Shown: positions 9,835 to 19,945, numbered from the stretch's first letter. The stretch: 64,000 bases of DNA from Spirosomataceae bacterium (GCA_044228045.1 JBGAVQ010000001.1:32792-96791), one strand, 5' to 3'. Made by a program: numbers and translations. The notes: generated from the sequence alone by a model not told the origin.

Positions 9835-11262
9835 ATGAAACGGATAAGTTACTTTTTTGTATTCTTTTTTGCCTGCTATTTATCTGCTTTTGCACAAGAT
9901 AAAGGTTATTCTATTAGGCTAACAATCAAGGGTTTGCGAGATTCTACCTGTTATTTGTCGCACTATTTTGGATACACCCAGCACCTTTTAAAAGATACTG
10001 CCAAGATTGACACTTCGGGTGTGTTGCTTTTTGAAGGTAAGCAACCATTGCCCGAAGGACTGTATTTTGTGACCCTTCCACAAAAACGTAGAGTAGAATT
10101 TATTTGGTTGGCATCAGAACCCACATTTTCAATAACAAGCGATACCCTCGACCTCATAGGCAACGCCCGAGTAGAAGGCTCGCAAGAAAATATAGACTAT
10201 TTTGCCTACTTAAAGTACGTAAAAACGCAAACTGACCAGATGGAAGCAATACGGACGTTTGGTGGTGGTCCAAGTGATAATAATCCTATGTTGCAACAAC
10301 GGCTCAGGACATTTCGCAACGAAATGTATAGCTACCTCAATCGCCTTGCCAGTGATTATGGTAATCGTCTCATAGGTAAGTATATAAGAGCAGTGGCCGA
10401 GCCTCGCCTACCCATGCCACCGAGGTATGCCAATGGCGGCTACGACACCGCATTTGTGTCAAGGGCGGTGAGGCAACATTTTTTTGATAACATTGATTTT
10501 TCGGATGAACGGATGGTGCGCTCGCCCTTTTTACAACGAAGACTCGACACTTATTTTGACCGAGTGGCTATTCCGCAAATAGACTCATTAAAAGCTGCTT
10601 GCGACCGCATTATTTCACTGGCAAGTGCCAACAAAGAGGTATTACGATACACTGTCTGGAATATGTCTAACCTCTTTGAAACGGCCAAAATCATAGGTAC
10701 AGATGCTATTTTTGTTCATTTAGCTGAAGAATATTACCTCAAAGGAAAAGTAGAGACAGATTCGTCGGTGCTTAAAAATTTGGCCGAACGAGTAAAAACC
10801 CTCAAGCCTTTACTCATTGGAGAAACCATGCCCCCTTTGGTTTTGACAGACCCAAACAATAAGATTCACAGCCTCCAAAATCTGTCAACTAACCTCACTT
10901 TTGTGGTATTTTATGATCCGCTTTGTCAAAAATGCCGAGCCAAAATGCCAAAGTTAATAGACTTCTATAAAAAGCATAAAACCGAGTCAATTTCATTATA
11001 TGCCGTGATGGTAGAGCGAAATGAGAAGTTGTGGAAAAATATGCTTGATGAATTCAAAATCAAAGACTTATGGATAAATGTATGGGACAAAACAGGTAAG
11101 ATTAATTACAAAAAGGACTTTGATATTTATGGAACTCCGGTGATTTATGTGCTAAACAAAGAGAAAAAAATTGTTCTGAAAAGGCTTGAAGTAGAGCAAT
11201 TAGAGGCTGTATTGGAGCTATACAATCAAAATAAATTAGCAACAGTTTCTACTAAAAAATAG
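9835..11262 (+). CDS. thioredoxin-fold (TlpA/AhpC-TSA-like) protein with N-terminal DUF5106-like domain
   Basis: Probable start at MKRISYFFVFFF (signal peptide). The C-terminal thioredoxin fold has CxxC (DPLCQKC) and a YGTPVIYVL motif. Confidence 0.7.
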   Translation: MKRISYFFVFFFACYLSAFAQDKGYSIRLTIKGLRDSTCYLSHYFGYTQHLLKDTAKIDTSGVLLFEGKQPLPEGLYFVTLPQKRRVEFIWLASEPTFSITSDTLDLIGNARVEGSQENIDYFAYLKYVKTQTDQMEAIRTFGGGPSDNNPMLQQRLRTFRNEMYSYLNRLASDYGNRLIGKYIRAVAEPRLPMPPRYANGGYDTAFVSRAVRQHFFDNIDFSDERMVRSPFLQRRLDTYFDRVAIPQIDSLKAACDRIISLASANKEVLRYTVWNMSNLFETAKIIGTDAIFVHLAEEYYLKGKVETDSSVLKNLAERVKTLKPLLIGETMPPLVLTDPNNKIHSLQNLSTNLTFVVFYDPLCQKCRAKMPKLIDFYKKHKTESISLYAVMVERNEKLWKNMLDEFKIKDLWINVWDKTGKINYKKDFDIYGTPVIYVLNKEKKIVLKRLEVEQLEAVLELYNQNKLATVSTKK

Positions 11263-11273
11263 ATTCAACACCT

Positions 11274-11537
11274 ATGTTTGAAGCTATCAAACGATATTTT
11301 GCCAAGCGAGCTATGCAGAAACGCATCGGTGCTTTAACTGAGGCAGAGCGGAGAGATATTCTTTCCAAATCGCTTCTTGAAGCTGCGGCGTTTCAAGGCG
11401 AAGGATACCATGTGTTCAGAAGAGACATTGAAGACGTTTATCAAGCCTATGTTTGCACGCTGGGTGAAATCTCACCCGACATGGCCGAAGACTGGATTAT
11501 TGAACAATATTTGCTGGAACAAGACCAAGCAAGATAG
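11274..11537 (+). CDS. hypothetical protein
   Basis: 87 aa ORF in a tight arrangement after the upstream gene. No recognisable family. Confidence 0.4.
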   Translation: MFEAIKRYFAKRAMQKRIGALTEAERRDILSKSLLEAAAFQGEGYHVFRRDIEDVYQAYVCTLGEISPDMAEDWIIEQYLLEQDQAR

Positions 11538-11557
11538 CCTTGTTCCAGCCAAAGGTG

Positions 11558-12568
11558 TTATTCCATCAAAAACGGATAATCAGCTTGTACATAAATATCT
11601 TTGTATGCCTCGGCTGGCTCTGGAAACGGCGATTCTTCTGCAAACTTTACGGCTTCCTCTACTCGAATCTTAATAGCTGCATCAATGGCAGCCAAGTCTT
11701 CTTCGGTAGCCATTCCATTTTTCAGAATAGTATCCTTTACGCCTTCAATAGGGTCAAGTTTCTTGTATTCTTCTACTTCTTCTTTGCTGCGATACTTCTG
11801 CGGATCCGACATGGAGTGGCCACGATAACGATACGTCCGAAACTCTAAATAAGTAGGCCCGTCGCCACGTCTGGCTCTATCAGCAGCACGGCTCACGGCT
11901 TCATGAATAGCCTCAACGTCCATGCCATCTACTGGTTCAGCGGGCATATCGTAGGCTTCGCCGAGGGTGTAGAGTTCGGTTACGTTGGAGGTACGAGCTA
12001 CCGATGTTCCCATGGCATAGCCGTTGTTTTCAACCACAAAAATCACGGGTAATTTCCAAGTCATGGCCATGTTAAATGCTTCATGCAATGCACCTTGGCG
12101 GGTAGCCCCATCACCAAAAAAACAGATACACAAGTTGCCTGTTTTCTTGTATTTTTCGGCAAAAGCCAAGCCTGCACCCAGTGGAATTTGCGCTCCTACA
12201 ATGCCATGACCACCTACAAAGTTTACTTCTTTGTCAAAAATGTGCATTGAGCCGCCTTTACCTTTGGTAGTGCCAGTTACTTTGCCATATAGCTCTGCCA
12301 TGATTCGCTTGGGGTCGGTGCCGAGGGCAAGCGGCTGCCCGTGGTCACGGTAGGCCGTAATCCACTTGTCACCTGGCTGAAGGGCTGATTTTGAACCCGA
12401 TGAACAGGCCTCTTGCCCAATGTTGAGGTGCAGAAACCCTCTGATTTTTTGCTGTCCGTACAACTGAGCACATTTTTCCTCGAATTTACGTTGGAGTTGC
12501 ATTGACTCATACCAATACATATAGGTCTCTTTCGAGTATTTTACTTTGTTTTCAGCTTTCTTTGCCAT
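11558..12568 (-). CDS. pdhA: pyruvate dehydrogenase (acetyl-transferring) E1 component, alpha subunit
   Basis: 336 aa. Has the TPP-binding pattern GDGA...NN (FFGDGATRQGALHEAFNMAMTWKLPVIFVVENNGYAMGT) and YRYRGHSMSDP. Confidence 0.93.
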   Translation of the reverse strand: MAKKAENKVKYSKETYMYWYESMQLQRKFEEKCAQLYGQQKIRGFLHLNIGQEACSSGSKSALQPGDKWITAYRDHGQPLALGTDPKRIMAELYGKVTGTTKGKGGSMHIFDKEVNFVGGHGIVGAQIPLGAGLAFAEKYKKTGNLCICFFGDGATRQGALHEAFNMAMTWKLPVIFVVENNGYAMGTSVARTSNVTELYTLGEAYDMPAEPVDGMDVEAIHEAVSRAADRARRGDGPTYLEFRTYRYRGHSMSDPQKYRSKEEVEEYKKLDPIEGVKDTILKNGMATEEDLAAIDAAIKIRVEEAVKFAEESPFPEPAEAYKDIYVQADYPFLME

Positions 12569-12753
12569 GGGATGCTTACGGGGTTTAAGTTTCAGGTTTT
12601 TCAGATTATTTTTTGCTAAAAACCAGAAGGTTGTGAGCGTTTTTGTGAAAAACTAACGGATTACTACCGCCTATATCACAAATAACCTGTATATACCCTA
12701 AATTGCCGTGCGAAATTAAGGCAAAATCACGAATAACCAATAAAGACACAATA

Positions 12754-13953
12754 ATGTATCTCGAAAGAATCAGCTTGACCAATTTTAAGAGTTACGAAGC
12801 CGATTCTTACCGATTCAGTACAGCTATCAATTGTATTGTTGGCGAAAACGGAAGTGGAAAAACAAACTTGCTCGATGCTATTTATTTTTTGGCGCTCACC
12901 AAAAGTGCTTTCTCAAACCAAGATGGGTTGAGTATCAACCACGAAGGCGAATTTATGATGATTGATGGTGTATTTGTGAAGGTAGATATTGATAGGCAGA
13001 AATTAGAAATTAGTGAACTGGGTAAAAATTTGGTTAATGAAAAAGACACCCCAACCTATACCCTTCACTCCTCGCTTCCCACGCCTGTCGTTTCCCAAAA
13101 ATCCGATCAAATTACCATTAGCCTACAAAGGGGTCAGCGCAAAACAGTGCTGCACGACAAAAAACCGTATGAACGCCTCAACGAACACATTGGTAAGTTT
13201 CCGGTGGTACTTATAGCTCCCAACGATACCGATTTGATTCGGGAAGGTTCGGAGGAGAGAAGAAAGTTTTTTGATGGGGTATTGTCGCAATCAGATGCCA
13301 ACTATTTGTCTGATTTACAGCTATATAACCGCTTGTTAGACCAGCGAAATGGCTTGCTTCGTCAGTTTGCTGAGCGCAATTACTTAGACCAAGACTTGCT
13401 GGATGTATATAGCGAACCTCTGCTCGAACTGGCTTTCAAGCTATATCAACAACGTAGTCGTTTTGCCCAGTCGTTTTGCCCTATTTTTCAGAAACATTAT
13501 GCCAACCTGAGCGAAAGCCGTGAAGTAGTAGAAGTAATTTATGAATCAGAATTGGCAAGTGCAGACTTTCGGCGAGAATTCAAAATGAACCGCCAGCGAG
13601 ATGTAGCCGCCCAACGCACCACCAAAGGCGCACACAAAGATGACTATGCTTTTGAAATTGATGGGCATTCGGTCAAGAAATTCGGCTCACAAGGCCAGCA
13701 AAAATCTTTTGTAGTGGCGCTGAAACTGGCTCAATTTGAGCTACTTAGCCAAGAAAAAGAGTTGAAGCCCTTACTACTGCTCGATGATATTTTTGACAAA
13801 TTAGACGACCGCCGCATCCAAAAACTCATTGGTATGATGACAGACGGTACGTTTGGGCAAATCTTCATAACCGATGCTCGCCCCGAGCGTACAGAGCAAC
13901 TATTGGCTGGCTTACAGACCGAAGTGAAGTTTTTTAGGACGGCGGGCAAATAA
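12754..13953 (+). CDS. recF: DNA replication/repair protein RecF (with an internal insertion of about 40 aa)
   Basis: Starts at MYLERISLTNFKSY and has Walker A GENGSGKTNLLDAIYFL, signature GSQGQQKSFVVALKLAQ and Walker B LLLLDDIFDKLD. Confidence 0.93.
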   Translation: MYLERISLTNFKSYEADSYRFSTAINCIVGENGSGKTNLLDAIYFLALTKSAFSNQDGLSINHEGEFMMIDGVFVKVDIDRQKLEISELGKNLVNEKDTPTYTLHSSLPTPVVSQKSDQITISLQRGQRKTVLHDKKPYERLNEHIGKFPVVLIAPNDTDLIREGSEERRKFFDGVLSQSDANYLSDLQLYNRLLDQRNGLLRQFAERNYLDQDLLDVYSEPLLELAFKLYQQRSRFAQSFCPIFQKHYANLSESREVVEVIYESELASADFRREFKMNRQRDVAAQRTTKGAHKDDYAFEIDGHSVKKFGSQGQQKSFVVALKLAQFELLSQEKELKPLLLLDDIFDKLDDRRIQKLIGMMTDGTFGQIFITDARPERTEQLLAGLQTEVKFFRTAGK

Positions 13954-13990
13954 AAGGTCGGCGAGGGATAGCTGCCTCGCCGACCTTTTT
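13952..13990. terminator. bidirectional intrinsic terminator between recF and the DUF4097 gene
   Basis: AAAA-GGTCGGCGAGG-loop-CCTCGCCGACC-TTTTT, a perfect 11-bp GC-rich stem. Confidence 0.85.
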
Positions 13991-14002
13991 GCTGATGGAA
14001 TT

Positions 14003-15079
14003 TTAATAAAACTTTACCCCGCTAAAATTAGATTTGATGCGAATGTTGCCGCCACCTTTGCCAATTTTGCCTTTGTAGGTTTTGGTAAACTTAGGCGACC
14101 AATTGTTTTTGCCTTCTTCTTCCTTGTCAGGATTAACACTAAGCGTTGTTTTATCACTTGGAAACTTGAAGCCGCCGTAATGAACCGTTACGTCAAAGTC
14201 AAAGTTGTTATTCGTGTTTATAGGCAGCGATACGTCTGAATACTGGGCATCAATGTTAATGTTTTTGACCGTTTGTGGAATAGTCACAAACTTAAAGCCA
14301 CTCGAAAAGCGTAGTTTCAGGTCTGCCGATTCGTTCAAAGTACCAAAAGTGCATTTTGAATAACCAATATCGCCAGTAATTTTGTCAATTTCGTCAATTT
14401 TCAACGAACCAAAATCGTTGTCTAAGTTCAATTCATTGGCGTGTTCAACGGTGAGGGTTGAATACGATATTTTCAATTTGCCAGTGTCAATTGTCTTGAT
14501 GTAGGCACTCCCAAACGATACGTCAATGTCTTTGCCTGTTCCCGAAAGTTTATCTGTTTTGAAACTCCCGTAGCTCGAATGAACTTTGAGTGGAGCATTA
14601 AATTCAGGGATAGATGTACCACCAAATTTATTAGTTACCGCAAGCATATTCTGGCGAGGCATCGAAACCTGGTAGTCCACTTTAACGCCACGGCGTTCTT
14701 CGGAGCCATCTTTTTTCTTTGAATTACTCCAGCCCCATTTTTTGCCAAATTGGTCATTGTCAATATTGGTTTTGAGTGTAATCTGGTCATTATCACGCAT
14801 TTCTACAATCTCCACTGCTTCAATATACTTTTGAGCATTGCCGTCGTCTTCGCCGTAACCCGTAATGGTAATTTCAATTTTGATTTCATTTCGATCCCAC
14901 AGGCTTACGTTTACGTCACCAAATTGATTACTAATGGCGAGCTTATCTTTGGCCGATACATTATACGATTTGTTGATGGTTTTCTTCTTCTCAATCGTTA
15001 ATGGAGCTTCGGCAAGGGCTACATTGAGCCAAAGGGCTAATGCGCTAAACAATAGTGTCTTGTTTCGTATGGTTCTCAT
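14003..15079 (-). CDS. DUF4097-like putative adhesin/beta-solenoid protein
   Basis: 358 aa with a signal peptide. Repetitive beta-strand segments (GDV.V, S.GS....) are typical of DUF4097 proteins found downstream of ECF sigma/anti-sigma pairs. Confidence 0.65.
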   Translation of the reverse strand: MRTIRNKTLLFSALALWLNVALAEAPLTIEKKKTINKSYNVSAKDKLAISNQFGDVNVSLWDRNEIKIEITITGYGEDDGNAQKYIEAVEIVEMRDNDQITLKTNIDNDQFGKKWGWSNSKKKDGSEERRGVKVDYQVSMPRQNMLAVTNKFGGTSIPEFNAPLKVHSSYGSFKTDKLSGTGKDIDVSFGSAYIKTIDTGKLKISYSTLTVEHANELNLDNDFGSLKIDEIDKITGDIGYSKCTFGTLNESADLKLRFSSGFKFVTIPQTVKNINIDAQYSDVSLPINTNNNFDFDVTVHYGGFKFPSDKTTLSVNPDKEEEGKNNWSPKFTKTYKGKIGKGGGNIRIKSNFSGVKFY

Positions 15080-15641
15080 GGCTGTTCGTCGTTTGTTTAA
15101 TCCTTTGAATAATGTTTAACTGAGTGTTGAGCAAATCAATTTGTCGTTGCAGGTTCTGGATCATCGCCTCTACCATCATTTCTTGGTTAGGCGACTTTGG
15201 CAATTCAGCTTTTAGCACGTCATAATCTTGGTCTAATTTTTCAATTTCAGAAGCAAAAGACTGGTACAGTTCAGGGTCTTCGGCTTCTATTTGGCGGAGT
15301 TCATTACGCTTGGTTTCAATCAGCGAAGCATAACGAAAAGCGGCTTTTGCGTAGTCGGGGCTAATTTGGGCAATGTCAGCATCATGGGCAGTAGGTTTCG
15401 AGAAATACTGCCATGTAAAAAAGCCCAACCCAGCAACCAATACCACACTGGCAGCAATGCGCCAATGGATTTTAAATGAAGGTTGTGTTACTTTTCTGGA
15501 TTCAATCAGAGGAATCACCTTTGTTTCTACTGGCGGTAATTTCTGTTCAATTTTTGCCCACAAGTCCATAGCCGGTTCGTGGGTATCTAACGCCTCACGG
15601 TTGTCACGGATGAATCGTTCGAGTTGATTTTTCTTTTTCAT
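15045..15641 (-). CDS. single-pass membrane protein, probable anti-sigma factor
   Basis: 198 aa with one TM helix (IAASVVLVAGLGFFTW). It lies directly downstream of the ECF sigma gene and overlaps the next gene by 35 nt. Confidence 0.55.
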   Translation of the reverse strand: MKKKNQLERFIRDNREALDTHEPAMDLWAKIEQKLPPVETKVIPLIESRKVTQPSFKIHWRIAASVVLVAGLGFFTWQYFSKPTAHDADIAQISPDYAKAAFRYASLIETKRNELRQIEAEDPELYQSFASEIEKLDQDYDVLKAELPKSPNQEMMVEAMIQNLQRQIDLLNTQLNIIQRIKQTTNSHENHTKQDTIV

Positions 15642-15670
15642 TTTCTTACTATACCAACCAGAGGTCGGTG

Positions 15671-16261
15671 TTACATTTTCAACAATTCTACTAATCGTTT
15701 CTTAGCTCGCATAAACTGAGTTCGGGAAGTGGACTCCGAGATTTCTAAAATGTCGGCAATCTCTTCGTGGTCGTAACCCTCTAACAAATAAAGACTTAGT
15801 ACCGTCCTGAACCCATCTGGCAATTGTTGAATGGCTTCTCGTACCCGGGATACGTTCCATTCCACATCCTCTTCGTCATAGGGGTCTTCATCTTTAAAAT
15901 GCGCCGAGTGTTCATGGTCTGTTTCGGCCACGTCCACCCATTGTACCTTGCGTTGCCGCAACTGATTGAGGGCTTTGTTAACCACAATTTGTTTGAGCCA
16001 AGCCCCAAAGGTCGAAGTTTGGCGGAAGTCATTGATTTTTTGAAAGGCATCCAAAAATGCTTCCTGCAACACATCTTCGGCTTCGCCAACGTGGTTCAAA
16101 ATTCGAATGCAGACGTTGTACATTGCCTTAGAATACAGGCGATAAATCTCGTACTGCGCTCGGCGGTCTCCCCGCATACATTGCTCGACCAACGCCGTGT
16201 GTTTATCTCGGTAGAGGGCTTGTTCCAATGGTTTTTCAGCTGTATAGGTTGCAACATTCAT
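15671..16261 (-). CDS. RNA polymerase sigma factor, ECF (sigma-70 group 4) family
   Basis: 196 aa with region 2 (AEDVLQEAFLDAFQKI) and a region 4 HTH (EEIADILEISESTSRTQFMRAKKRL). Confidence 0.9.
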   Translation of the reverse strand: MNVATYTAEKPLEQALYRDKHTALVEQCMRGDRRAQYEIYRLYSKAMYNVCIRILNHVGEAEDVLQEAFLDAFQKINDFRQTSTFGAWLKQIVVNKALNQLRQRKVQWVDVAETDHEHSAHFKDEDPYDEEDVEWNVSRVREAIQQLPDGFRTVLSLYLLEGYDHEEIADILEISESTSRTQFMRAKKRLVELLKM

Positions 16262-16763
16262 GGCTTGAGTACTTTGTAGAGGTTATCGGTTATCCGTGAG
16301 TAGCTAAGTTTTGGAGCATGAAACGTGCTCTTAACCCTTTACTTTTTTGGACTGAGCTAACACCTACATTACTACCGAAATAAACAGAAATATTTCCGTT
16401 GAATTCGAGCCAATGACAACACAATAAAACAGAATGTTGCACGTTTGAATAGAATTTTTTAAAGAAACATCAGAAAGGAGGCATTTGCATCGGTTTTTTA
16501 GGTAAAAATAGCGCATAAAAAAGCAACCTCACCAGGGTACTATCCAACATAGTAGTATAAAGTAACGTTTTTAAATAGAACAAAAAAATCGAATAACCTG
16601 TTGATAATTAACAAGATAAGTATCAAAATACTCCTATAGTAACCTCAAGATACAATAATTGGCCCTACCCCCAATCATCAGTAAACAACAACCAGCCTTT
16701 GTAGTTGGTGTTACATTTACAATATAAAATTCAGCATTATTACATACATGCCCTCAAATCCAC

Positions 16764-16771
16764 TAATTTTG
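16764..16771 (+). promoter_or_regulatory. candidate -7 promoter box (TAATTTTG) for lysC
   Basis: Match to TAnnTTTG, about 50 nt upstream of the ATG at 16820. Confidence 0.35.
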
Positions 16772-16819
16772 CGGCACTTTTCGGATTGAACCAATAATTC
16801 ACTCATATACTCATAAATA

Positions 16820-18178
16820 ATGCAAGTCTGGAAATTTGGGGGAACCTCCGTAGGAAAACCCGAACGGATGCACTCCATCCGCACGTTGATAACAGCTGAC
16901 TCAGGGCGCAAAATTGTTGTCCTCTCAGCCCTGTCTGGCACTACCAACGCCCTGCTCTCGATGGGCGAGTCGGCAAAAGCTAATAACGATGCCGAACTCA
17001 ATCAGAAAATCACTGATTTGAAGGCTCACTACGATTCATTTATCAAGGAATTGTACAAAACTGATGGCGGATATCAGAAAGGCGTTGCCATTATCGAAAA
17101 AGAATTTTCGTTTATTCGTTCCGTTACCAAAATTCGTCCTTTTACCCTCAAGCAAGACAAGGAGTTGGTGGCGCAAGGTGAGATTTTGAGTACACAACTA
17201 TTTGAGGCATATTTAGAAGAATGTGGCGAAAGTTCGGTACTAATTCCTGCCCTCGACTATATGCGGATTGATGCCGACAACGAGCCAGAATTAGAGACTA
17301 TCGAAGGTTTATTGACGCAAATTTTGTCGCAATTTTCTGACAAACAGCTTATTATAACCCAAGGATTTATCTGTAGAAATCCTCGTGGTGAAGTTGACAA
17401 CCTCAAACGAGGAGGCTCTGACTACACTGCCTCATTGGTTGGTGGGGCCATTCGAGCAGAGGAAATTCAAATCTGGACTGACATTGACGGAATGCACAAT
17501 AACGACCCTCGAATTGTGAAAAAGACCTTCCCAATCAGAGAGTTGACTTTTGAGGAAGCAGCCGAATTGGCCTATTTTGGAGCAAAAATCCTGCATCCAA
17601 GCACCATTACACCAGCCAAAATGCGTGGTGTGCCTGTGCGCCTCAAAAACACCATGCAGCCCGAAGCCTTCGGTACGCTGATTGCTGACAAAAGCACCGA
17701 CCGAGACATTAAGGCCATTGCAGCCAAAGATGGTATCACAGCCATTTATATTCATTCAACTCGTATGCTGAATGCCTTTGGGTTTTTGAGAAAAGTATTT
17801 GAAATCTTTGAAAAATACAAAACCCCTGTGGACATGATTACCACGTCCGAAGTATCTGTATCGGTTACCATTGACAACGATACACACTTAGACGCTATCA
17901 TGGCCGAACTCAAAGAAATCGCAGACTTAGAAGAAAACGACCGTGACCAAACCATTATTTGTATCGTAGGGAACTTCTCGGCAGACAAAGAAGGCATTGC
18001 CCTCAAAGTGTTTGATGCCATGAAAAATATCCCCATCCGCATGATTTCGTACGGGGCTTCTGAGCACAATCTTTCGATTTTGGTACATAGCCAATACAAA
18101 GCCGAAGCCCTCAACGTACTCAACGAGCGATTGTTTTATTACGAAGATGCGATGAAAGCTATTTTTACATCGCCGTAA
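16820..18178 (+). CDS. lysC: aspartate kinase
   Basis: 452 aa. Has the MQVWKFGGTSVG N-terminus, the amino acid kinase core (GGSDYTA, TDIDGM), and a C-terminal ACT region. Confidence 0.93.
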   Translation: MQVWKFGGTSVGKPERMHSIRTLITADSGRKIVVLSALSGTTNALLSMGESAKANNDAELNQKITDLKAHYDSFIKELYKTDGGYQKGVAIIEKEFSFIRSVTKIRPFTLKQDKELVAQGEILSTQLFEAYLEECGESSVLIPALDYMRIDADNEPELETIEGLLTQILSQFSDKQLIITQGFICRNPRGEVDNLKRGGSDYTASLVGGAIRAEEIQIWTDIDGMHNNDPRIVKKTFPIRELTFEEAAELAYFGAKILHPSTITPAKMRGVPVRLKNTMQPEAFGTLIADKSTDRDIKAIAAKDGITAIYIHSTRMLNAFGFLRKVFEIFEKYKTPVDMITTSEVSVSVTIDNDTHLDAIMAELKEIADLEENDRDQTIICIVGNFSADKEGIALKVFDAMKNIPIRMISYGASEHNLSILVHSQYKAEALNVLNERLFYYEDAMKAIFTSP

Positions 18179-18189
18179 CTTTAAAATTT

Positions 18190-19461
18190 ATGCTTCAACT
18201 CACCTATATCCGAGACAACAAACAAGCCACCATTGATGGCTTGAAAAAAAAATATTTTGCCAATGCCGAAACGGCGGTAGAAAGCGTATTGACGCTTGAC
18301 CAACAGCGTCGAGAAACCCAACAAGATTTAGATGCTGCGCTTGCACAATCTAACGCCCTTGCCAAGCAAATTGGAGCGTTGATGAAAGAAGGCAAAAAAA
18401 ACGAGGCCGAAACTGCCAAAGCCGAAACAGCCGAGTTGAAAACACATGCTAAGTTGCTGGAAGAGAGCCTCAAAAGTATTGAGCAATCTCTACACGAAGT
18501 ACTGGTAACTTTGCCCAACTTACCACATACGAGCGTACCTGTTGGCCGCACCCCCGAAGAAAATGAGGAGGTATTTCAATGGGGTAGCATTCCAAATTTG
18601 CCCGAAACAGCCCAACCACACTGGGAACTGATCAAAAAATACAATATTATTGATTTTGAACTTGGTAATAAGATATCAGGAGCGGGTTTCCCAGTTTACA
18701 AAGGCAAAGGAGCTAAAATTCAGCGGGCACTCATCAATTTCTTTTTGAATGAAGCGTCCAATGCTGGCTATTTTGAGATTCAACCACCCATTGTCATCAA
18801 CGAAGACTCTGGCTTCGGCACTGGACAATTGCCTGATAAAGAAGGGCAAATGTATTATATTACCGAAGACAAACTCTACCTGATTCCAACTGCTGAAGTA
18901 CCTATTACAAACTTGTATAGGGACGTAATACTGTCAGAATCAGAGCTTCCGGTCAAGAATGCAGGCTACACGCCCTGTTTTCGACGAGAAGCTGGTAGCT
19001 GGGGTGCGCATGTGCGTGGCCTCAACCGTTTGCACCAGTTTGACAAAATAGAAATTGTGCAGATTCGCAAACCCGAAGAATCGTATCAAGCCTTAGACGA
19101 AATGGTAGCCCATGTAAAAGGACTACTCGAAAAATTGGAATTACCTTACCGAATTTTGCGGCTTTGTGGCGGCGACATGAGCTTTGCTTCTGCCCTTACC
19201 TACGATTTTGAAGTATTTTCAGCAGCCCAAAAACGTTGGTTAGAGTGTAGCTCGGTATCAAACTTTGAGACTTTTCAAGCTAATCGCCTCAAATTGCGCT
19301 ATAAAGTAGATGGCAAAACCCAGCTACTACACACACTCAACGGCTCAGCGTTGGCATTGCCCCGCATTTTGGCAGCCATTATCGAGAACAACCAAACCCC
19401 CGAAGGCATCCATATACCAAGTGTTTTGCAGCCTTACTGTGGATTTGACATAATTTCTTAA
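18190..19461 (+). CDS. serS: serine--tRNA ligase
   Basis: 423 aa with an N-terminal coiled-coil arm and class II motifs (TPCFRREAGS, LNGSALALPR). Confidence 0.96.
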   Translation: MLQLTYIRDNKQATIDGLKKKYFANAETAVESVLTLDQQRRETQQDLDAALAQSNALAKQIGALMKEGKKNEAETAKAETAELKTHAKLLEESLKSIEQSLHEVLVTLPNLPHTSVPVGRTPEENEEVFQWGSIPNLPETAQPHWELIKKYNIIDFELGNKISGAGFPVYKGKGAKIQRALINFFLNEASNAGYFEIQPPIVINEDSGFGTGQLPDKEGQMYYITEDKLYLIPTAEVPITNLYRDVILSESELPVKNAGYTPCFRREAGSWGAHVRGLNRLHQFDKIEIVQIRKPEESYQALDEMVAHVKGLLEKLELPYRILRLCGGDMSFASALTYDFEVFSAAQKRWLECSSVSNFETFQANRLKLRYKVDGKTQLLHTLNGSALALPRILAAIIENNQTPEGIHIPSVLQPYCGFDIIS

Positions 19462-19502
19462 AAAAGTTTCAAAAACTTTTTTGCTGAAAGTGTAAAACTT
19501 AC

Positions 19503-19510
19503 TACCTTTG
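19503..19510 (+). promoter_or_regulatory. candidate -7 box TACCTTTG, with TTTG at 19480-19483, for rpmG
   Basis: TTTG-N19-TAnnTTTG spacing matches the published Bacteroidota sigma-A consensus. It lies 29 nt upstream of the rpmG ATG. Confidence 0.5.
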
Positions 19511-19538
19511 CACTCCTATTCAGAAAACACACAAGGCA

Positions 19539-19721
19539 ATGGCTAAGAAAGGCAATAGAATTCAGGTAATTTTGGAATGCACCGAGCAAAAAACCTCAGG
19601 TGTTGCAGGGATGTCTCGACACATCACTACCAAAAACCGTAAGAACACAACCACCCGTTTGGAGTTGAAGAAATACAACCCGTTTTTGAGAAAACATACG
19701 GTTCATAAAGAAATCAAGTAA
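19539..19721 (+). CDS. rpmG: 50S ribosomal protein L33
   Basis: 60 aa: [18 protein letters not shown]...[32 protein letters not shown]. Confidence 0.95.
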   Translation: MAKKGNRIQVILECTEQKTSGVAGMSRHITTKNRKNTTTRLELKKYNPFLRKHTVHKEIK

Positions 19722-19792
19722 TCAGTGGTGAGAAATAAGGCGTAAGAGTTTTTCTTACAACTTATAACTTTCGACATAACCTACTAAGTAAA

Positions 19793-19945
19793 ATGGCAAA
19801 GAAAGTAGTTGCAACCCTGAAAAAAGAAGGAGGGGTTAAATACGCCAAAGTTATTAGAGCGATAAAGTCGCCAAAAACAGGTGCTTATACCTTTAAAGAA
19901 GAAATCGTTATTGCTGACGAAGTGCAAAACGCTTTGAAAGGTTAA
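19793..19945 (+). CDS. DUF4295 family small protein (50 aa), not in the supplied ORF track
   Basis: Hand translation gives MAKKVVATLKKEGGVKYAKVIRAIKSPKTGAYTFKEEIVIADEVQNALKG. This is the conserved small protein that follows rpmG in Bacteroidota. A terminator follows it. Confidence 0.8.
   Translation: MAKKVVATLKKEGGVKYAKVIRAIKSPKTGAYTFKEEIVIADEVQNALKG

Noticed and set aside
16262-16819. The long (558 bp) AT-rich region upstream of lysC, considered as a lysine riboswitch or sRNA locus.
   Set aside because: I could not find the conserved GC-rich lysine-riboswitch core (AGAGGCGC...GGGA...CCGAAGG-type segments) or any convincing helices. The region most likely just holds divergent promoters for the ECF sigma operon and lysC.
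16717-17001. A 94-aa minus-strand ORF overlapping the lysC start.
   Set aside because: It is antisense to a strongly supported gene, and its translation has no recognisable features.
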